A program made the translations under genes and the position numbers. From a virus (taxonomy: Duplodnaviria; Caudoviricetes), in the IMG/VR virus record IMGVR_UViG_3300034349_000034, positions 1 through 54,704 of that record: a stretch of 54,704 bases of DNA. The stretch is one strand, 5' to 3'. Positions 1 to 10,006 of this stretch are shown piece by piece; positions within the stretch are counted from its first letter, which is position 1, and the number at the start of each line of letters is the position of its first letter. The notes below the pieces were generated by a model that saw only the letters and a list, made by a program, of their open reading frames with translations, was not told where the DNA came from and ran no database searches.

Positions 1-127
1 GCGGCCCCCGGTCCGCAAGGAGGGGGAGCGATGGTCAGCGCAGTGCCCGACGGCTGGACCGTCACGAACTTCGCCGCCTGCTCGGGCACTTGGTCCGGGC
101 TCACCTCGGATCAGAAGGCGCTCGCTC
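1..127. repeat. Terminal direct repeat, copy 1 (circular-assembly overlap)
   Basis: Bases 1-127 are identical to 54578-54704; the ORF starting at 31 restarts at 54608. Confidence 0.97.
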
Positions 128-840
128 TGCGCCTTGCAGCGTTCACGGTGTACTCGCTGACCGGTCGGCAGTTCGGGACCGTCACGCTCACGCTCAGGCC
201 CTGCAACGCCCCCATGCTGCCACCGCTGTATCAGGTCTACCCGGTCAACCTGATCAACCCGTGGGGCACCGACGAGGGCAACTCGTACTATCCGCTCTAC
301 ATCCAGGACGGCGTCTGGCACAACGCCGGATGCGCCGGGGTCAACTGCTGCGGGGCCTCCTGCGAGGTTGAGCTGCCGCGCACCGTCTCCATCACCTCCG
401 TCATCGTGGACGGCGCGACCGTCGACCCGACCGCCTACCGGGTCGACAATGGGAGCCTGCTGGTCCGCACCGACGGCGCGTGCTGGCCGCAGTGCCAAGA
501 CCTCAACAAGAACCCCGGCGTCAAGGACACCTGGACCGTGACCGGCGTGTTCGGCCGGGCCGTCCCGGATGAGGCCCTTGACGCTGCAAGCATCCTGGCG
601 TGCGAGATTGGCAAGGCCATCGCCGGGCAGCCGTGCCGCCTCCCGCAGCGCATGCAGTCGCTTTCCCGGGCGGGTGTGTCCGTGCAGTTCCCCGCCGTCA
701 ACACGTACCTTGACCGGGGGCTTACCGGCCTCAATGAGGTCGATCAGCTCGTGGTGCAGTTCAACCCTTCGCGGCTCATGCAGTCGCCCCGGGTGTTGTC
801 GATGGACCAGTCCCCGAACCGCATCACCACGTGGCCGTGA
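31..840 (+). CDS. Head-to-tail adaptor
   Basis: RBS GGAGG upstream; Cys-rich protein with CRLPQR..SLSRAGVS and TGLNEVD motifs typical of cluster-B-like actinophage adaptors; follows the major tail gene across the circular join. Confidence 0.75.
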   Translation: MVSAVPDGWTVTNFAACSGTWSGLTSDQKALALRLAAFTVYSLTGRQFGTVTLTLRPCNAPMLPPLYQVYPVNLINPWGTDEGNSYYPLYIQDGVWHNAGCAGVNCCGASCEVELPRTVSITSVIVDGATVDPTAYRVDNGSLLVRTDGACWPQCQDLNKNPGVKDTWTVTGVFGRAVPDEALDAASILACEIGKAIAGQPCRLPQRMQSLSRAGVSVQFPAVNTYLDRGLTGLNEVDQLVVQFNPSRLMQSPRVLSMDQSPNRITTWP

Positions 841-848
841 GGTAGGAC

Positions 849-2021
849 ATGGGACTGAACACCGCAGGGATCACCTACCTGCTCGACGCCGGGACCGCCC
901 GGACGCTGTACGCCGCCGTCGGCAACGGACCGGCCAGCACCAACCAGGTGAGCGCGGCCCGGGTGCTGGTCGCCTGGAATCCGGCCACCGGGGCGATGAT
1001 CACCGCCGACGGCACGCCCCTGGCCTTCACCGGTACCCCCAACGCGGCCGTCACCTCTGTGCTGCTCTTCAGCGCGCCGACGGCGGGCACCTTCTACGGG
1101 TACGGGCCGCTCGTCGGGGACGCCACGTTCAACGCCCTCGGGCAGTTCAACATCGCGTACCTGGCCATCGCCGGGTCGGCCTCACCGCTGGTGCCTCCGG
1201 CCCCGTACGCCCTCGGCATCGAGGTGGGTGTGCCGTCGGGGACGGTGCTGACCAACCGGGCGTCGCTGGGCTCGCCGACGTCGACCGAGACCTACACGCT
1301 GGTGCTGCCGAACACCGGCGAGACGAACACCATCACCGTGTCCGTGTGGCGGCACATCAACTTCACGCAGACCATTACCCCCGCGCCCGGGGCGGGCAAT
1401 CACTTCCGGTTCGACGAGTGCTCGTTCACGGGGCAGGGCAACTGGTGTGTGGAGGTCGACCAGACTGGCCGGACGAACGACATCATGCAGCCCCTCGCGG
1501 TCTTCACGAATTGCAGCTTCGACGGCGGGGCAGGCGGTGGCCTCACCTCGAAGTGCCTGCTCGGCGGCTCGGCCTGGGTGATCAACTGCGACATGCGCAA
1601 CGCCGAAGACGGCTGGTCCGGCTGGTACTACAACGTCGGCATCAACTCCAACTTCGTCGGCCTAGGCCCCACCGCCGACCTGCACACCGACGGCGTGCAG
1701 TGCACCGACACCGGGCATTCGGTGTTCTGGCGGTCGTGGCTGGAGGCGTCCGGAGTGGGCGGCAACGCGGCGTTCCGGGTGGGCACCGAGGCGGGCGCTA
1801 CAACCGACATCAAGATCTTCTTCTGCGGCATGTCCGGCGGCGGCTACACCATGCAGATGCGCGGCGACTCCGGCTCGGGCGACATCGACCACATCACCGT
1901 GCAGGGCTGCCGCTGGACTGGCGTCCAGGAATTTGGCCCCACCGACTTCGTTCAGGTGACAGCCGTGACCTGGGTCGATAACGCCTACTTCAACGGCACC
2001 GTCATCACGAGCCCGGTGTAA
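849..2021 (+). CDS. Putative virion protein: N-terminal structural domain plus C-terminal right-handed beta-helix
   Basis: In the neck operon; C-terminal half has beta-helix-like repeats (FDECSF, FTNCSFDG, INCDMRNAEDG, HTDGVQ). Confidence 0.5.
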   Translation: MGLNTAGITYLLDAGTARTLYAAVGNGPASTNQVSAARVLVAWNPATGAMITADGTPLAFTGTPNAAVTSVLLFSAPTAGTFYGYGPLVGDATFNALGQFNIAYLAIAGSASPLVPPAPYALGIEVGVPSGTVLTNRASLGSPTSTETYTLVLPNTGETNTITVSVWRHINFTQTITPAPGAGNHFRFDECSFTGQGNWCVEVDQTGRTNDIMQPLAVFTNCSFDGGAGGGLTSKCLLGGSAWVINCDMRNAEDGWSGWYYNVGINSNFVGLGPTADLHTDGVQCTDTGHSVFWRSWLEASGVGGNAAFRVGTEAGATTDIKIFFCGMSGGGYTMQMRGDSGSGDIDHITVQGCRWTGVQEFGPTDFVQVTAVTWVDNAYFNGTVITSPV

Positions 2022-2023
2022 CC

Positions 2024-3124
2024 ATGGCCTTCAACCTGTTCGGCAATGCCGTCCCGGCCACGGTCAACGCGAACGACGGCCCCCTTGCCCTCGGCACGGT
2101 CGTGCAGATCTCCAGCGCGGGCACGATCACGCACGGCCGCTGGCGGTTCCCGACGTCACTGCCGGGCGGCCCGGTCACCTGGTACTGCGCCGACCTGTCC
2201 ACGCACACCTTGCTCGGCTCCCAGGTGTTCACGGCACCGGTCGCCGGGCAGTGGGTGCAGCAGGCCCTCGCCGTCCCTATCGCCATCACCGGCCCCCGCA
2301 ACGTCCTCGTGTGGATCGGGACGCCCGGCGGCTACGTGTTCACCAACGGCCTGTTCACGGCCGCGCCGACCGTGTCCGGACCGCTCACCGCGCCCCGATC
2401 AATCAACGACCCGGAAGGTGTCGGCAACGGCCGGTTCGGGAGCACCCCGTCCAGCTATCCCGGCGGCACCTCCGGAGCAACGTCGTACTTCGCTGACCTC
2501 GTGTTCGAGCTGGCCCCGCCGAACGTGGGCTCCGCGACCCTCGGCCTGGAGCTGCTGCTGCACGGCGTCGGTGAAACCCCGGTGCCGCCGCCGCCGTCCG
2601 ACCCGATCGGCACGCCGGTCGCCAATCAGTTGCTGGCCTGCCTCACTGACCAGCTCGCCACCCTGCCGAACCCGCCCGCGAACATCCAGTTGCGGGTCGG
2701 CCAGGACACGGGACCGCTGATCGGCCCCAACATCGACGAGTGCTGCGCGGGGCTGGCCTGGGTGCGGATCGCTGGCATCTACCCGTCGTGGGACAGCTTC
2801 CCGGCGGCCGACAACACGTGGCTGCCGTGCGGGCCCCTCGCCTACGCCGTGGTCCTGGAGATGGGTGTGGCGTTCTGCATGCCCTGGTCGGACTCTGAAG
2901 AGAGCTTCGACAATCTCGATCCGCCGTCGCAGGCGGATTGGGCTACCGCGTTCAATACGCAGATGGTCCACCAGACGCTGATGCGCCGGGCGGCGGCGTG
3001 CTGCTTCCTGCCGACGCAGCGCCGTGCCGTCGGCGAGTGGACGCCGCTGCCGGTGGAGGGCGGCTGCACGGGTGGGAAGATGACGGTGACCGTGTCGGTG
3101 ATGGCACCGTGCGCGGATTGCTGA
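2024..3124 (+). CDS. DUF4082-like domain fused to tail-terminator-like domain
   Basis: N-terminus has LGT....SAGTITHGRW, GQW.QQAL..P, SYFADLVF; Pro linker; Cys-rich C-terminus (DECCAGLAWVR, LEMGVAFC, EGGCTGG) resembles actinophage tail completion proteins. Confidence 0.55.
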   Translation: MAFNLFGNAVPATVNANDGPLALGTVVQISSAGTITHGRWRFPTSLPGGPVTWYCADLSTHTLLGSQVFTAPVAGQWVQQALAVPIAITGPRNVLVWIGTPGGYVFTNGLFTAAPTVSGPLTAPRSINDPEGVGNGRFGSTPSSYPGGTSGATSYFADLVFELAPPNVGSATLGLELLLHGVGETPVPPPPSDPIGTPVANQLLACLTDQLATLPNPPANIQLRVGQDTGPLIGPNIDECCAGLAWVRIAGIYPSWDSFPAADNTWLPCGPLAYAVVLEMGVAFCMPWSDSEESFDNLDPPSQADWATAFNTQMVHQTLMRRAAACCFLPTQRRAVGEWTPLPVEGGCTGGKMTVTVSVMAPCADC

Positions 3125-3133
3125 GGAGGCGTC

Positions 3134-3343
3134 ATGGTTGCCCGCAAGACCACCCCCCGCACGTTCGAGGTGCTGGTGAGCTTTTCCGCTCTGAACAGGG
3201 GTGAGCGGTTCACGCAGGACGCCGATGACCTGGGCTGGGCCATGCAGCATGCGGAGACCGGCTATCTTCGTGACGTGACGGAGGAGGTCGCGGATGTCCG
3301 GGGTGAAGCAGGTAACGGTGGAGCTGTTCCCGCCGGTCATTAA
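3134..3343 (+). CDS. Hypothetical protein
   Basis: RBS GAGGAGG; in operon. Confidence 0.65.
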   Translation: MVARKTTPRTFEVLVSFSALNRGERFTQDADDLGWAMQHAETGYLRDVTEEVADVRGEAGNGGAVPAGH

Positions 3344-3728
3344 GGCGATCTTGCAGGACGACGTTGGCCGTGAGGTCGTCAAGACCACGGTGAAGGTGCT
3401 CAACCGGGCCCGGGTGAAGACGCCCGTGGACACCGGGAACCTCCGGGCGAGCCACCAGTTCAAGATCGAAAACGGTGCTACGAAGATCACGGGTGAGGTG
3501 TTCACCAAGGTCAAGTACGCCCTGCCCGTGCACGAAGGACGACGCCCGGTCGTCATCTACCCGAAGAACAAGCAGGCCCTCGCATTCCGCTGGCACGGCC
3601 AGCAGTTCGTGCGCAAGTGGGTCTCACAGCCCGCCCGGCGTGGACGCCCATGGCTGCGGGACTCGCTGCGCGAGGTCGCGGCGAGCGAGGGCTACAAGAT
3701 GCAGAGCACGGCAGCAGAAGACGCGTAG
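3294..3728 (+). CDS. HK97 gp10-like neck/tail completion protein
   Basis: Motifs TPVDTGNLRAS, YALPVHEG, GRPWLRDSL. Confidence 0.8.
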   Translation: MSGVKQVTVELFPPVIKAILQDDVGREVVKTTVKVLNRARVKTPVDTGNLRASHQFKIENGATKITGEVFTKVKYALPVHEGRRPVVIYPKNKQALAFRWHGQQFVRKWVSQPARRGRPWLRDSLREVAASEGYKMQSTAAEDA

Positions 3729-3740
3729 GAGGAGAAGAGC

Positions 3741-4106
3741 ATGGCCGAAGTGACAGTGCTGGTCGAGTTGGGCGGGCGCGAGGTCGAGATGCGCAAGCCG
3801 ACCGAAGGCGCGCTGGTGGTGCTGGCCCGCACGTTCCGGGGCCTGCCCAAGATCGAAAACGTCGGGGAGTTGAGCGACCAGCAGCGCGACCGCCTCGTCC
3901 GGAACCTCGGCATCCTCGGCAAGATCGTTGAGGAGATGATCGTCCAGGACGCCGACAAGGACTGGCTCGACGACGCCATGATCGACGGCGACGTGACGGC
4001 GGAGCAGGTCTTCGGCGTGATCCGCACGGCGGGCGAGAAGTTCAACGGCGGCGCGGGACCGGCCAAGAAGGCGGCGGCCCCGGTCCGGCGGCGGAACCCC
4101 CGGTGA
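3741..4106 (+). CDS. Tail assembly chaperone (putative)
   Basis: RBS GGAGGAG; size and position upstream of tape measure. Confidence 0.55.
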   Translation: MAEVTVLVELGGREVEMRKPTEGALVVLARTFRGLPKIENVGELSDQQRDRLVRNLGILGKIVEEMIVQDADKDWLDDAMIDGDVTAEQVFGVIRTAGEKFNGGAGPAKKAAAPVRRRNPR

Positions 4107-4369
4107 GCGGCGTCGTCCACATCGCCGGAGTGGACACGCACATCAACCACCAGCTGCGGCAGCGGTGTGCCTGGTGCGGCGCGCTCCTGCTCGACTACGA
4201 CCTGACCAACCTCGCCGTCCCGGTCGGTCAGGACCCGGCCCCGGCCACCTGGCCGGTCGGGGAGCTGGTCCTGGTCGACGGCGGCATGTCGGCCGCCATG
4301 CCGCACGAGGACGGTGACCCGCTGCCGATGGATGCCTGCGGCAGGCTCGACCCGGAGGTAACCCGATGA
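4103..4369 (+). CDS. Hypothetical protein (CxxC)
   Basis: GTGA overlap with the previous gene; RQRCAWCG motif. Confidence 0.6.
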   Translation: MSGVVHIAGVDTHINHQLRQRCAWCGALLLDYDLTNLAVPVGQDPAPATWPVGELVLVDGGMSAAMPHEDGDPLPMDACGRLDPEVTR

Positions 4370-4602
4370 GGTGGAACCCCTTGCGTCGTATGCGTGAATC
4401 CGCATACGAGAACGGCCGCGAGCAGGGCCGCGCGGAGGGGTACGCCATGGGGTACGCCATAGGGCGGCGGCCGGTGCCGTCGCCGCTCGGCGGCCTTCTG
4501 AGGGCCACCGGCGCGATCCGCCCGGACCAGGACGCCAGGGTGGTGCACGACTGGGAAGACCCGTTCCTGGCCTCCGACTGGCGGGACCTCAATGGCCGCT
4601 GA
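4366..4602 (+). CDS. Hypothetical protein
   Basis: ATGA overlap; RBS GGAGG. Confidence 0.55.
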   Translation: MRWNPLRRMRESAYENGREQGRAEGYAMGYAIGRRPVPSPLGGLLRATGAIRPDQDARVVHDWEDPFLASDWRDLNGR

Positions 4603-5161
4603 CGCCCTCGCCGCACTGCGGATCTGGGCACTCGACGTCGAGTTGGCCGGGGAAACCTTCGTGGTCCCGGCCCGCCCGGCGGTCGACTGGTTCCTGGCCA
4701 TCCTCGACGAGGAGGTACCGCTGCCGCTGATCCCCGGGATGATGGGGGCCGACGCTGAGGAGCGGATCACCGACATGCTCCTGGACGGCGAGGTCGACGC
4801 GCAGGAGATCGCCACCCGGTCGCGGGAGCTGCTGACGGCGGCGGCCGGGCGGCCCTGGTGGGAGGCGGACCGGCTGATCCGCTCGTCCGGCGCGTCGTGG
4901 CACATCATCGGCGGGGAGCTGACCAGGCTGGGTGTCGACCTGGAGAAGGTCAGCTTGGCGGCGGCCCTGAACGCCATCTACGTGATCTGCACGCGGACGA
5001 TGGACGAGAAGGAACGCAACAAGTTCGACATCGACCTGCGGCTTCCTCCGATCGGGGTGGAAGGCGTGAAGCCGGAGGACATGTACGACCAGCGGGCAGC
5101 AGAGTCCGCATTTGCGGCCCTGATGGGTCAGGCCGCGCCGCCGACACCCGTAGGATCGTGA
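4592..5161 (+). CDS. Tail assembly chaperone 2 (putative)
   Basis: Immediately before tape measure; AAGRPWWEADRL and FDIDLRLPP motifs resemble cluster-B-like chaperones. Confidence 0.6.
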   Translation: MAADALAALRIWALDVELAGETFVVPARPAVDWFLAILDEEVPLPLIPGMMGADAEERITDMLLDGEVDAQEIATRSRELLTAAAGRPWWEADRLIRSSGASWHIIGGELTRLGVDLEKVSLAAALNAIYVICTRTMDEKERNKFDIDLRLPPIGVEGVKPEDMYDQRAAESAFAALMGQAAPPTPVGS

Positions 5162-5164
5162 GCT

Positions 5165-7567
5165 ATGGCCGGGGTTCTGGGACGCGCGTTCGTGCAGGTG
5201 TTCGCCGACCTGTCGAAGTTCACGCCTGGCCTGAAGCGGGAGATCAAGAAGGCGCTCGATGAGCAGACCAAGGGTCTGAGGCTCGACGAGCTGGATAAGT
5301 CGATGAACGCGGCGGGCAAGCACGGGGCTGACGAGCTTGCCAAGGGCGTGGACTCCAAGATCGACAAGAACATGGAGAAGTCCGGCCGCCGGGGTGGCGT
5401 ATCACTCTGGAAGGGGCTTAGCGCTGGCCTGTCCGTCGCCGCCGCTCTCTTCCTTCCCGCCCTGATCGCCGTCGCCGTGGAGCTAGTCGCCGCCCTGGCC
5501 CCGGCCGTCGCTGCCCTCGCCGCCACGCTGCCCGCTGCGATCTTCACCGCGATAGGTGCGGTTGCCGTGCTGGCCACGGCAACCCACGGCCTGGGCGACG
5601 CGTTAAAGAATGCGTTCGATCCGGCCAAGGCGGAGCAGTTTAACAAGGCCATGCAGAAGCTCGCGCCGTCGGCGCGGGACTTCGTCATGGAGATCAAAAA
5701 CTTGCAGCCTGCGTTCCACCAGTTGCAGCAGGACGTGCAGCAGGTCTTCTTCAACCAGCTCGAAGGAACGCTCACCCGGGTCTCCCGGCAGTTACTGCCG
5801 ACCTTGCACAAAGGCATGATCAGCCTGTCGGTGGACCTGGGGAAGATCGCCGACGGTTTCCTGTCCGCGTTCGGGAACCGGTCGCAGGACATTGCGTCGA
5901 TCTTCATCGCCGCGCACGAGGCCATCAAGCCGTTCATTCCGGCGCTGGGCCAGTTGACGGGGGCGTTCATCACCCTGGCGGCCGTCGGCGGCCCGCTGTT
6001 CGCCGCCCTCTCCGGCGGGTTTGCTCACCTGCTGGTGCAGTTCTCGCAGTTCATCGAGAAGGCGGCCGACTCGGGCGCGCTGGCGCAGTTCTTCGACGAT
6101 GCTCTGGTGATCCTGAAGCAGCTCGGCGGTCTTCTTGGCAGCGTTTTTGATCTTGTAAACGTGCTGATCGGAGCCCTCCAGGCCGACGGGGCGCAGGCCC
6201 TCGGCTTCCTCACCACGATCATCAGCCAGCTCGCTGCGTTCTTCGCCACCGCCGAAGGCAAGGAAGCCCTCGCCAACATTTTCCTGCTGCTGAACACCGC
6301 CCTGTCCAGCCTTTCGCAGATCCTGACCCCGCTGCTTCCGGCTATCGCCACCCTCGCCGGGGAGCTGTCGGGCAGCCTCGCCGACGCACTCAAGGCCGTT
6401 ACGCCGTTCCTGGTGACCATCGCTCAGTACCTCGGGGAACACCCTGACCTCCTGGCCGCCGCCGCAACCGCATGGGGCATCTACCGGCTGGCCCTGATGG
6501 CGGTCGCCGCCTATCAGGCCCTTGTGTTGGCCACCAACCCGGTCGGCTGGGTCATCCTCGCCATTGCGGCTATCGCCGCCGGGGCATACCTGATCTACAA
6601 GAACTGGGACGTCGTCTCCAGTGCCCTGAAAAGCGCGTGGGGAGCCATCTCCGACTTCTTCAAGGGGATCTGGAACTGGATTACTGGAGTCGGCGCAGCG
6701 ATCGGGAACTGGTTCACGGTCACGCTGCCCGGCTTCTTCACGAGCCTGCCCGGCAAGATCTGGGCGGCCCTGTCCGCGCTGCCCGGCATCCTCGGGAACG
6801 CCTTCCTGACCGCCCTGAACTTCGCCGGTCAGGTCATCGGCACGTGGATCGGCGTGCAGCTCGCGATCTTCATCAAGCTACCGTTCTGGATCTGGGACGC
6901 CCTGAAAGCCCTCGGCGGCATGTTCGCCGACCTGTGGCGGCTGGCCCTCTCGGCAGGCAAGGCCGTCCTCGATGCGGGGATCAACGCGGTCATCTGGGTG
7001 TTCACGCAGTTGCCCATCAAGATCGGGAACTTCGTCCGGGACCTGCCCCGCATCATCGGCGGGGCGTTCCGCGACGCCTTCAACTGGGCTAAGCGGGAAG
7101 TTATGCAGGGCGCGGACGCCATCGTCAATTTCGTGTCGAACCTGCCCCGACGGATCTCCGGGTTCATGCGCAACGTCGGCCACGACATCCTCAGTGGCCT
7201 CCGCTCGGGCATCAACTCGGTCATCTCCGGCTTCAACTCCGGCATCAACCGGGTCGCCGGGTTCGTCCACATCGGCCTGCCGAACATCCCGCTCCTGGCG
7301 TCCGGCGGCCTGGTCAACGCGCCCACCCTGGCCGTCGTCGGCGAGGCCGGTCCGGAAGCCGTCGTCCCGATGAGCGACCCGGCCAAGGCGGCAGCCGTCG
7401 CGAAGAGCACCGGCCTGCTCGACATCCTCGGCAGCAAGATGGGCAACGTCGGCACCACGATGGTCAAGGTCTACCTGGGTACCCGGGAGATCACCGATAT
7501 CCTCAACGTCGTGGTCGACAAGAAGCTGAACGACCAGGCCAACGAGCTGGCGTACGGGACGAGGTGA
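5165..7567 (+). CDS. Tape measure protein
   Basis: 800 aa, Ala/Leu-rich helical, TNPVGWVILAIAA..IYKNWD motif, Trp/Phe periodicity, C-terminal LASGGLV..PTLAVVGEAGPEAVVP. Confidence 0.93.
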   Translation: MAGVLGRAFVQVFADLSKFTPGLKREIKKALDEQTKGLRLDELDKSMNAAGKHGADELAKGVDSKIDKNMEKSGRRGGVSLWKGLSAGLSVAAALFLPALIAVAVELVAALAPAVAALAATLPAAIFTAIGAVAVLATATHGLGDALKNAFDPAKAEQFNKAMQKLAPSARDFVMEIKNLQPAFHQLQQDVQQVFFNQLEGTLTRVSRQLLPTLHKGMISLSVDLGKIADGFLSAFGNRSQDIASIFIAAHEAIKPFIPALGQLTGAFITLAAVGGPLFAALSGGFAHLLVQFSQFIEKAADSGALAQFFDDALVILKQLGGLLGSVFDLVNVLIGALQADGAQALGFLTTIISQLAAFFATAEGKEALANIFLLLNTALSSLSQILTPLLPAIATLAGELSGSLADALKAVTPFLVTIAQYLGEHPDLLAAAATAWGIYRLALMAVAAYQALVLATNPVGWVILAIAAIAAGAYLIYKNWDVVSSALKSAWGAISDFFKGIWNWITGVGAAIGNWFTVTLPGFFTSLPGKIWAALSALPGILGNAFLTALNFAGQVIGTWIGVQLAIFIKLPFWIWDALKALGGMFADLWRLALSAGKAVLDAGINAVIWVFTQLPIKIGNFVRDLPRIIGGAFRDAFNWAKREVMQGADAIVNFVSNLPRRISGFMRNVGHDILSGLRSGINSVISGFNSGINRVAGFVHIGLPNIPLLASGGLVNAPTLAVVGEAGPEAVVPMSDPAKAAAVAKSTGLLDILGSKMGNVGTTMVKVYLGTREITDILNVVVDKKLNDQANELAYGTR

Positions 7568-7571
7568 CAGG

Positions 7572-8864
7572 TTGTCCACGATCGTCGCGACCGCCGACAA
7601 CACGAAGTCACACATTCGGCTTGACCTCGACTTCAGCGACATCGACGCCCCATATGTGCTGGTGAACCGGGTTGACCCGGCCACGGGCGCGACCGCAGCG
7701 GTTCGGGGGCACGGCTCATCGACCACCCTCGGCGGAGTGGCGTACGCGCCCATGCAGGCCGGTTACAAGGCGACCCTGTACGACACGGAAGCCCCGCTCG
7801 ACGCGGCGGTCTACTACACGGCCACCGCGCCGCTGGCAACCCTCAACGTCAACTCGACCTTCACCGACGGCTACGCCGACCCCTGGTACCCGACGGACCC
7901 TGCGGTCATCCTGCGTCCCAACTCGACGCGGTCCGGTGCCGACTTCCTGTCCTTCCAGACGGCGGGCGCGACTGCCAACCCGACCATCCGGGCGGAGGAC
8001 ATCGCTGCCACGCCTGGGGCGTCGTTCACCGTCACGGCGGTCATGTCGGCCAACGTGTCCCAGGGCGTGACCGTCGGCATCAGCTTCCGGGATGCGGCCG
8101 GGGCGATCCTGTCCAGCACGAGCAGCGCCGCGACCGTCCTGGCCGCGACGACCGTGACCGCGACTGCCGTGGCCCCCGCCCTGACGGTGTCGTCGCAGGC
8201 GTTCGTCACGATGTCCGGCACCCCGGCGGCCACCACCATCGCGAGCATCAGCACGATCACGGTTGTCTCGGCGGCCGGGTCGGCGACGTCGGGCGGCGTG
8301 ACCCTGTTGTCGCTGGGGGCGGCCCGGCTGAAGGACCCGCTGCGGCCCGGCAACAACGTGCGGGTGGACTTCTCGTTCGACCCGAACCCGCTGTGTGTCC
8401 CCGCTGAGGGGATCTTCTGGCAGTCGATGGACACCGAGGATCAGGCGGCCAACTCGGCGACGTTCAACATCAACAACCAGCCGGAACCGGTCGTCGTGTC
8501 GAAGGTCCGCAGCTCGATCACGTCGACTCTGACCCTGGTGTCCCGGACCTTCCCGGACCGTGACCGGATGGATGTGCTCCTGGCTCCGGGTTCGCCGCTA
8601 CTGTTCCAGGCCCCCGACGAATACGGGGTGCCGGACCGGAACATGGCCATCGGGACCGTGTCGAAAGGGCGGGTGCTGCCCGACCACCGGTTCCCAATCC
8701 GGGTGTTCTCCCTGCCGCACCAGGTAGTCGATGCGCCGGGCGGCCCGATGCAGGGCGTCGTCGGGACCCGCTGGCAGGACACCTGCAACCGGTACGCGAC
8801 CTGGGGTCTGGTCAATGGGGCCGGGATCACCTGGACTCAGGTTCTTCAAGGGCTGGCGGGCTGA
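7572..8864 (+). CDS. Minor tail protein (distal-tail-like, with inserted beta-rich domain)
   Basis: Directly after tape measure; YDTEAPLD...Y motif, Thr/Ala/Ser-rich insert, LKDPLRP motif. Confidence 0.75.
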   Translation: MSTIVATADNTKSHIRLDLDFSDIDAPYVLVNRVDPATGATAAVRGHGSSTTLGGVAYAPMQAGYKATLYDTEAPLDAAVYYTATAPLATLNVNSTFTDGYADPWYPTDPAVILRPNSTRSGADFLSFQTAGATANPTIRAEDIAATPGASFTVTAVMSANVSQGVTVGISFRDAAGAILSSTSSAATVLAATTVTATAVAPALTVSSQAFVTMSGTPAATTIASISTITVVSAAGSATSGGVTLLSLGAARLKDPLRPGNNVRVDFSFDPNPLCVPAEGIFWQSMDTEDQAANSATFNINNQPEPVVVSKVRSSITSTLTLVSRTFPDRDRMDVLLAPGSPLLFQAPDEYGVPDRNMAIGTVSKGRVLPDHRFPIRVFSLPHQVVDAPGGPMQGVVGTRWQDTCNRYATWGLVNGAGITWTQVLQGLAG

Positions 8865-10006
8865 TGGTCTGGGCTGGCGGGCTCGACGCCCAGTACCGGG
8901 ATGCGCTGACCCGGCCGCACAACGTCTACAACCGGGTCGACGTCCTCGACCGGCAGGGCAACATCCTGCTGTCCGATCTCCCGTTCATCGACGGCAGCGT
9001 GCGCGCCACCCTCAATAGCCGCGTGGCACGCGTTCTGGGCCTGTCGGTAGACCGGTCCTGGTTCCCGCTCCTGACGAACGGCAGCATCGACACAGAGGGT
9101 CTGCTGACCCCGTTCGGGAACCGGCTGCGCGCCTACCGGGGCATCACCTATGGCGACGGCTCCCGCGCGGTGTTCCCGGTCTTCTACGGCCGCATCGAGA
9201 CGGTGCAGATGGGCCGCAACGGTCAGGTGTCCCTGTCCGCCAATGACCTCGCCGCCGACGTGGTAGATGCCCAGTTCGAGACTCCGCAGTCGTCGATCCC
9301 CGCGAACACGATCAGCGTCGAGTTCCGGCGACTCGTGCGCGAGGCCCTGCCTGATGCCGCGTTCGGCACCTCCGACCTGACCGGCGTGCATATCCCACCG
9401 CTGGCATGGCAGAACGACCGGGCGCAGGCCCTCGACGACATGTCCGCCACCGTCGCCATGCTCTGGTATCCCCTCGCCGACGGCTCGTTCGTGCAGCGCT
9501 ACACCCCCTGGACAAACCCGGGCCAGGTCGCGCAGATCAGGCTCGCCGACGGCACCAACGCTGCGCCGGGCGTGAACGGTCAAATCGCCGACTGGACGAT
9601 CACTGTGTCCCGGACCGGCGTCTACAACTCGGTGGTCTTCACCTCGGAACGGCAGGACGGCACGGCCCCGGTCTACGCCACCGTCCGGGACACCACGGTC
9701 ACGAGCCCGACCTACTTTCTTGGCAACTTCGGCCGGAAACCGCTCTTGATCCAAAACCAGGCCGCGTTGACGCAGTCGCAGTGCATCGCCGCCGCCCGGA
9801 GTTCCCTACGCGCCGCGACCGCCATTACGCAGACCTGGGACCCGGTGTCGATCGTCCCCGACGCTTCCCTGGAGCTAGGGGACCTCATCGACATGAACGC
9901 CGACGAGGCGTCCAGTACGCAGGTGATTGCCGGGTTCACCCTGCCGTTGCGGGAGACTGGCGACATGTCGTTGAGCTTGCGCGCGTACGCCCCGGTGGCC
10001 TCATGA
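8864..10006 (+). CDS. Minor tail protein (DUF5047/baseplate-hub-like)
   Basis: GSVRATLNSRVAR, LTPFGNRLRAYRGI, SRTGVYNSVV, PDASLELGD motifs. Confidence 0.8.
   Translation: MVWAGGLDAQYRDALTRPHNVYNRVDVLDRQGNILLSDLPFIDGSVRATLNSRVARVLGLSVDRSWFPLLTNGSIDTEGLLTPFGNRLRAYRGITYGDGSRAVFPVFYGRIETVQMGRNGQVSLSANDLAADVVDAQFETPQSSIPANTISVEFRRLVREALPDAAFGTSDLTGVHIPPLAWQNDRAQALDDMSATVAMLWYPLADGSFVQRYTPWTNPGQVAQIRLADGTNAAPGVNGQIADWTITVSRTGVYNSVVFTSERQDGTAPVYATVRDTTVTSPTYFLGNFGRKPLLIQNQAALTQSQCIAAARSSLRAATAITQTWDPVSIVPDASLELGDLIDMNADEASSTQVIAGFTLPLRETGDMSLSLRAYAPVAS

Noticed and set aside
9406-10002. N-terminal extension of ORF 9406-10560
   Set aside because: Overlaps the minor tail gene out of frame; the ATGA-coupled start at 10003 is more plausible.
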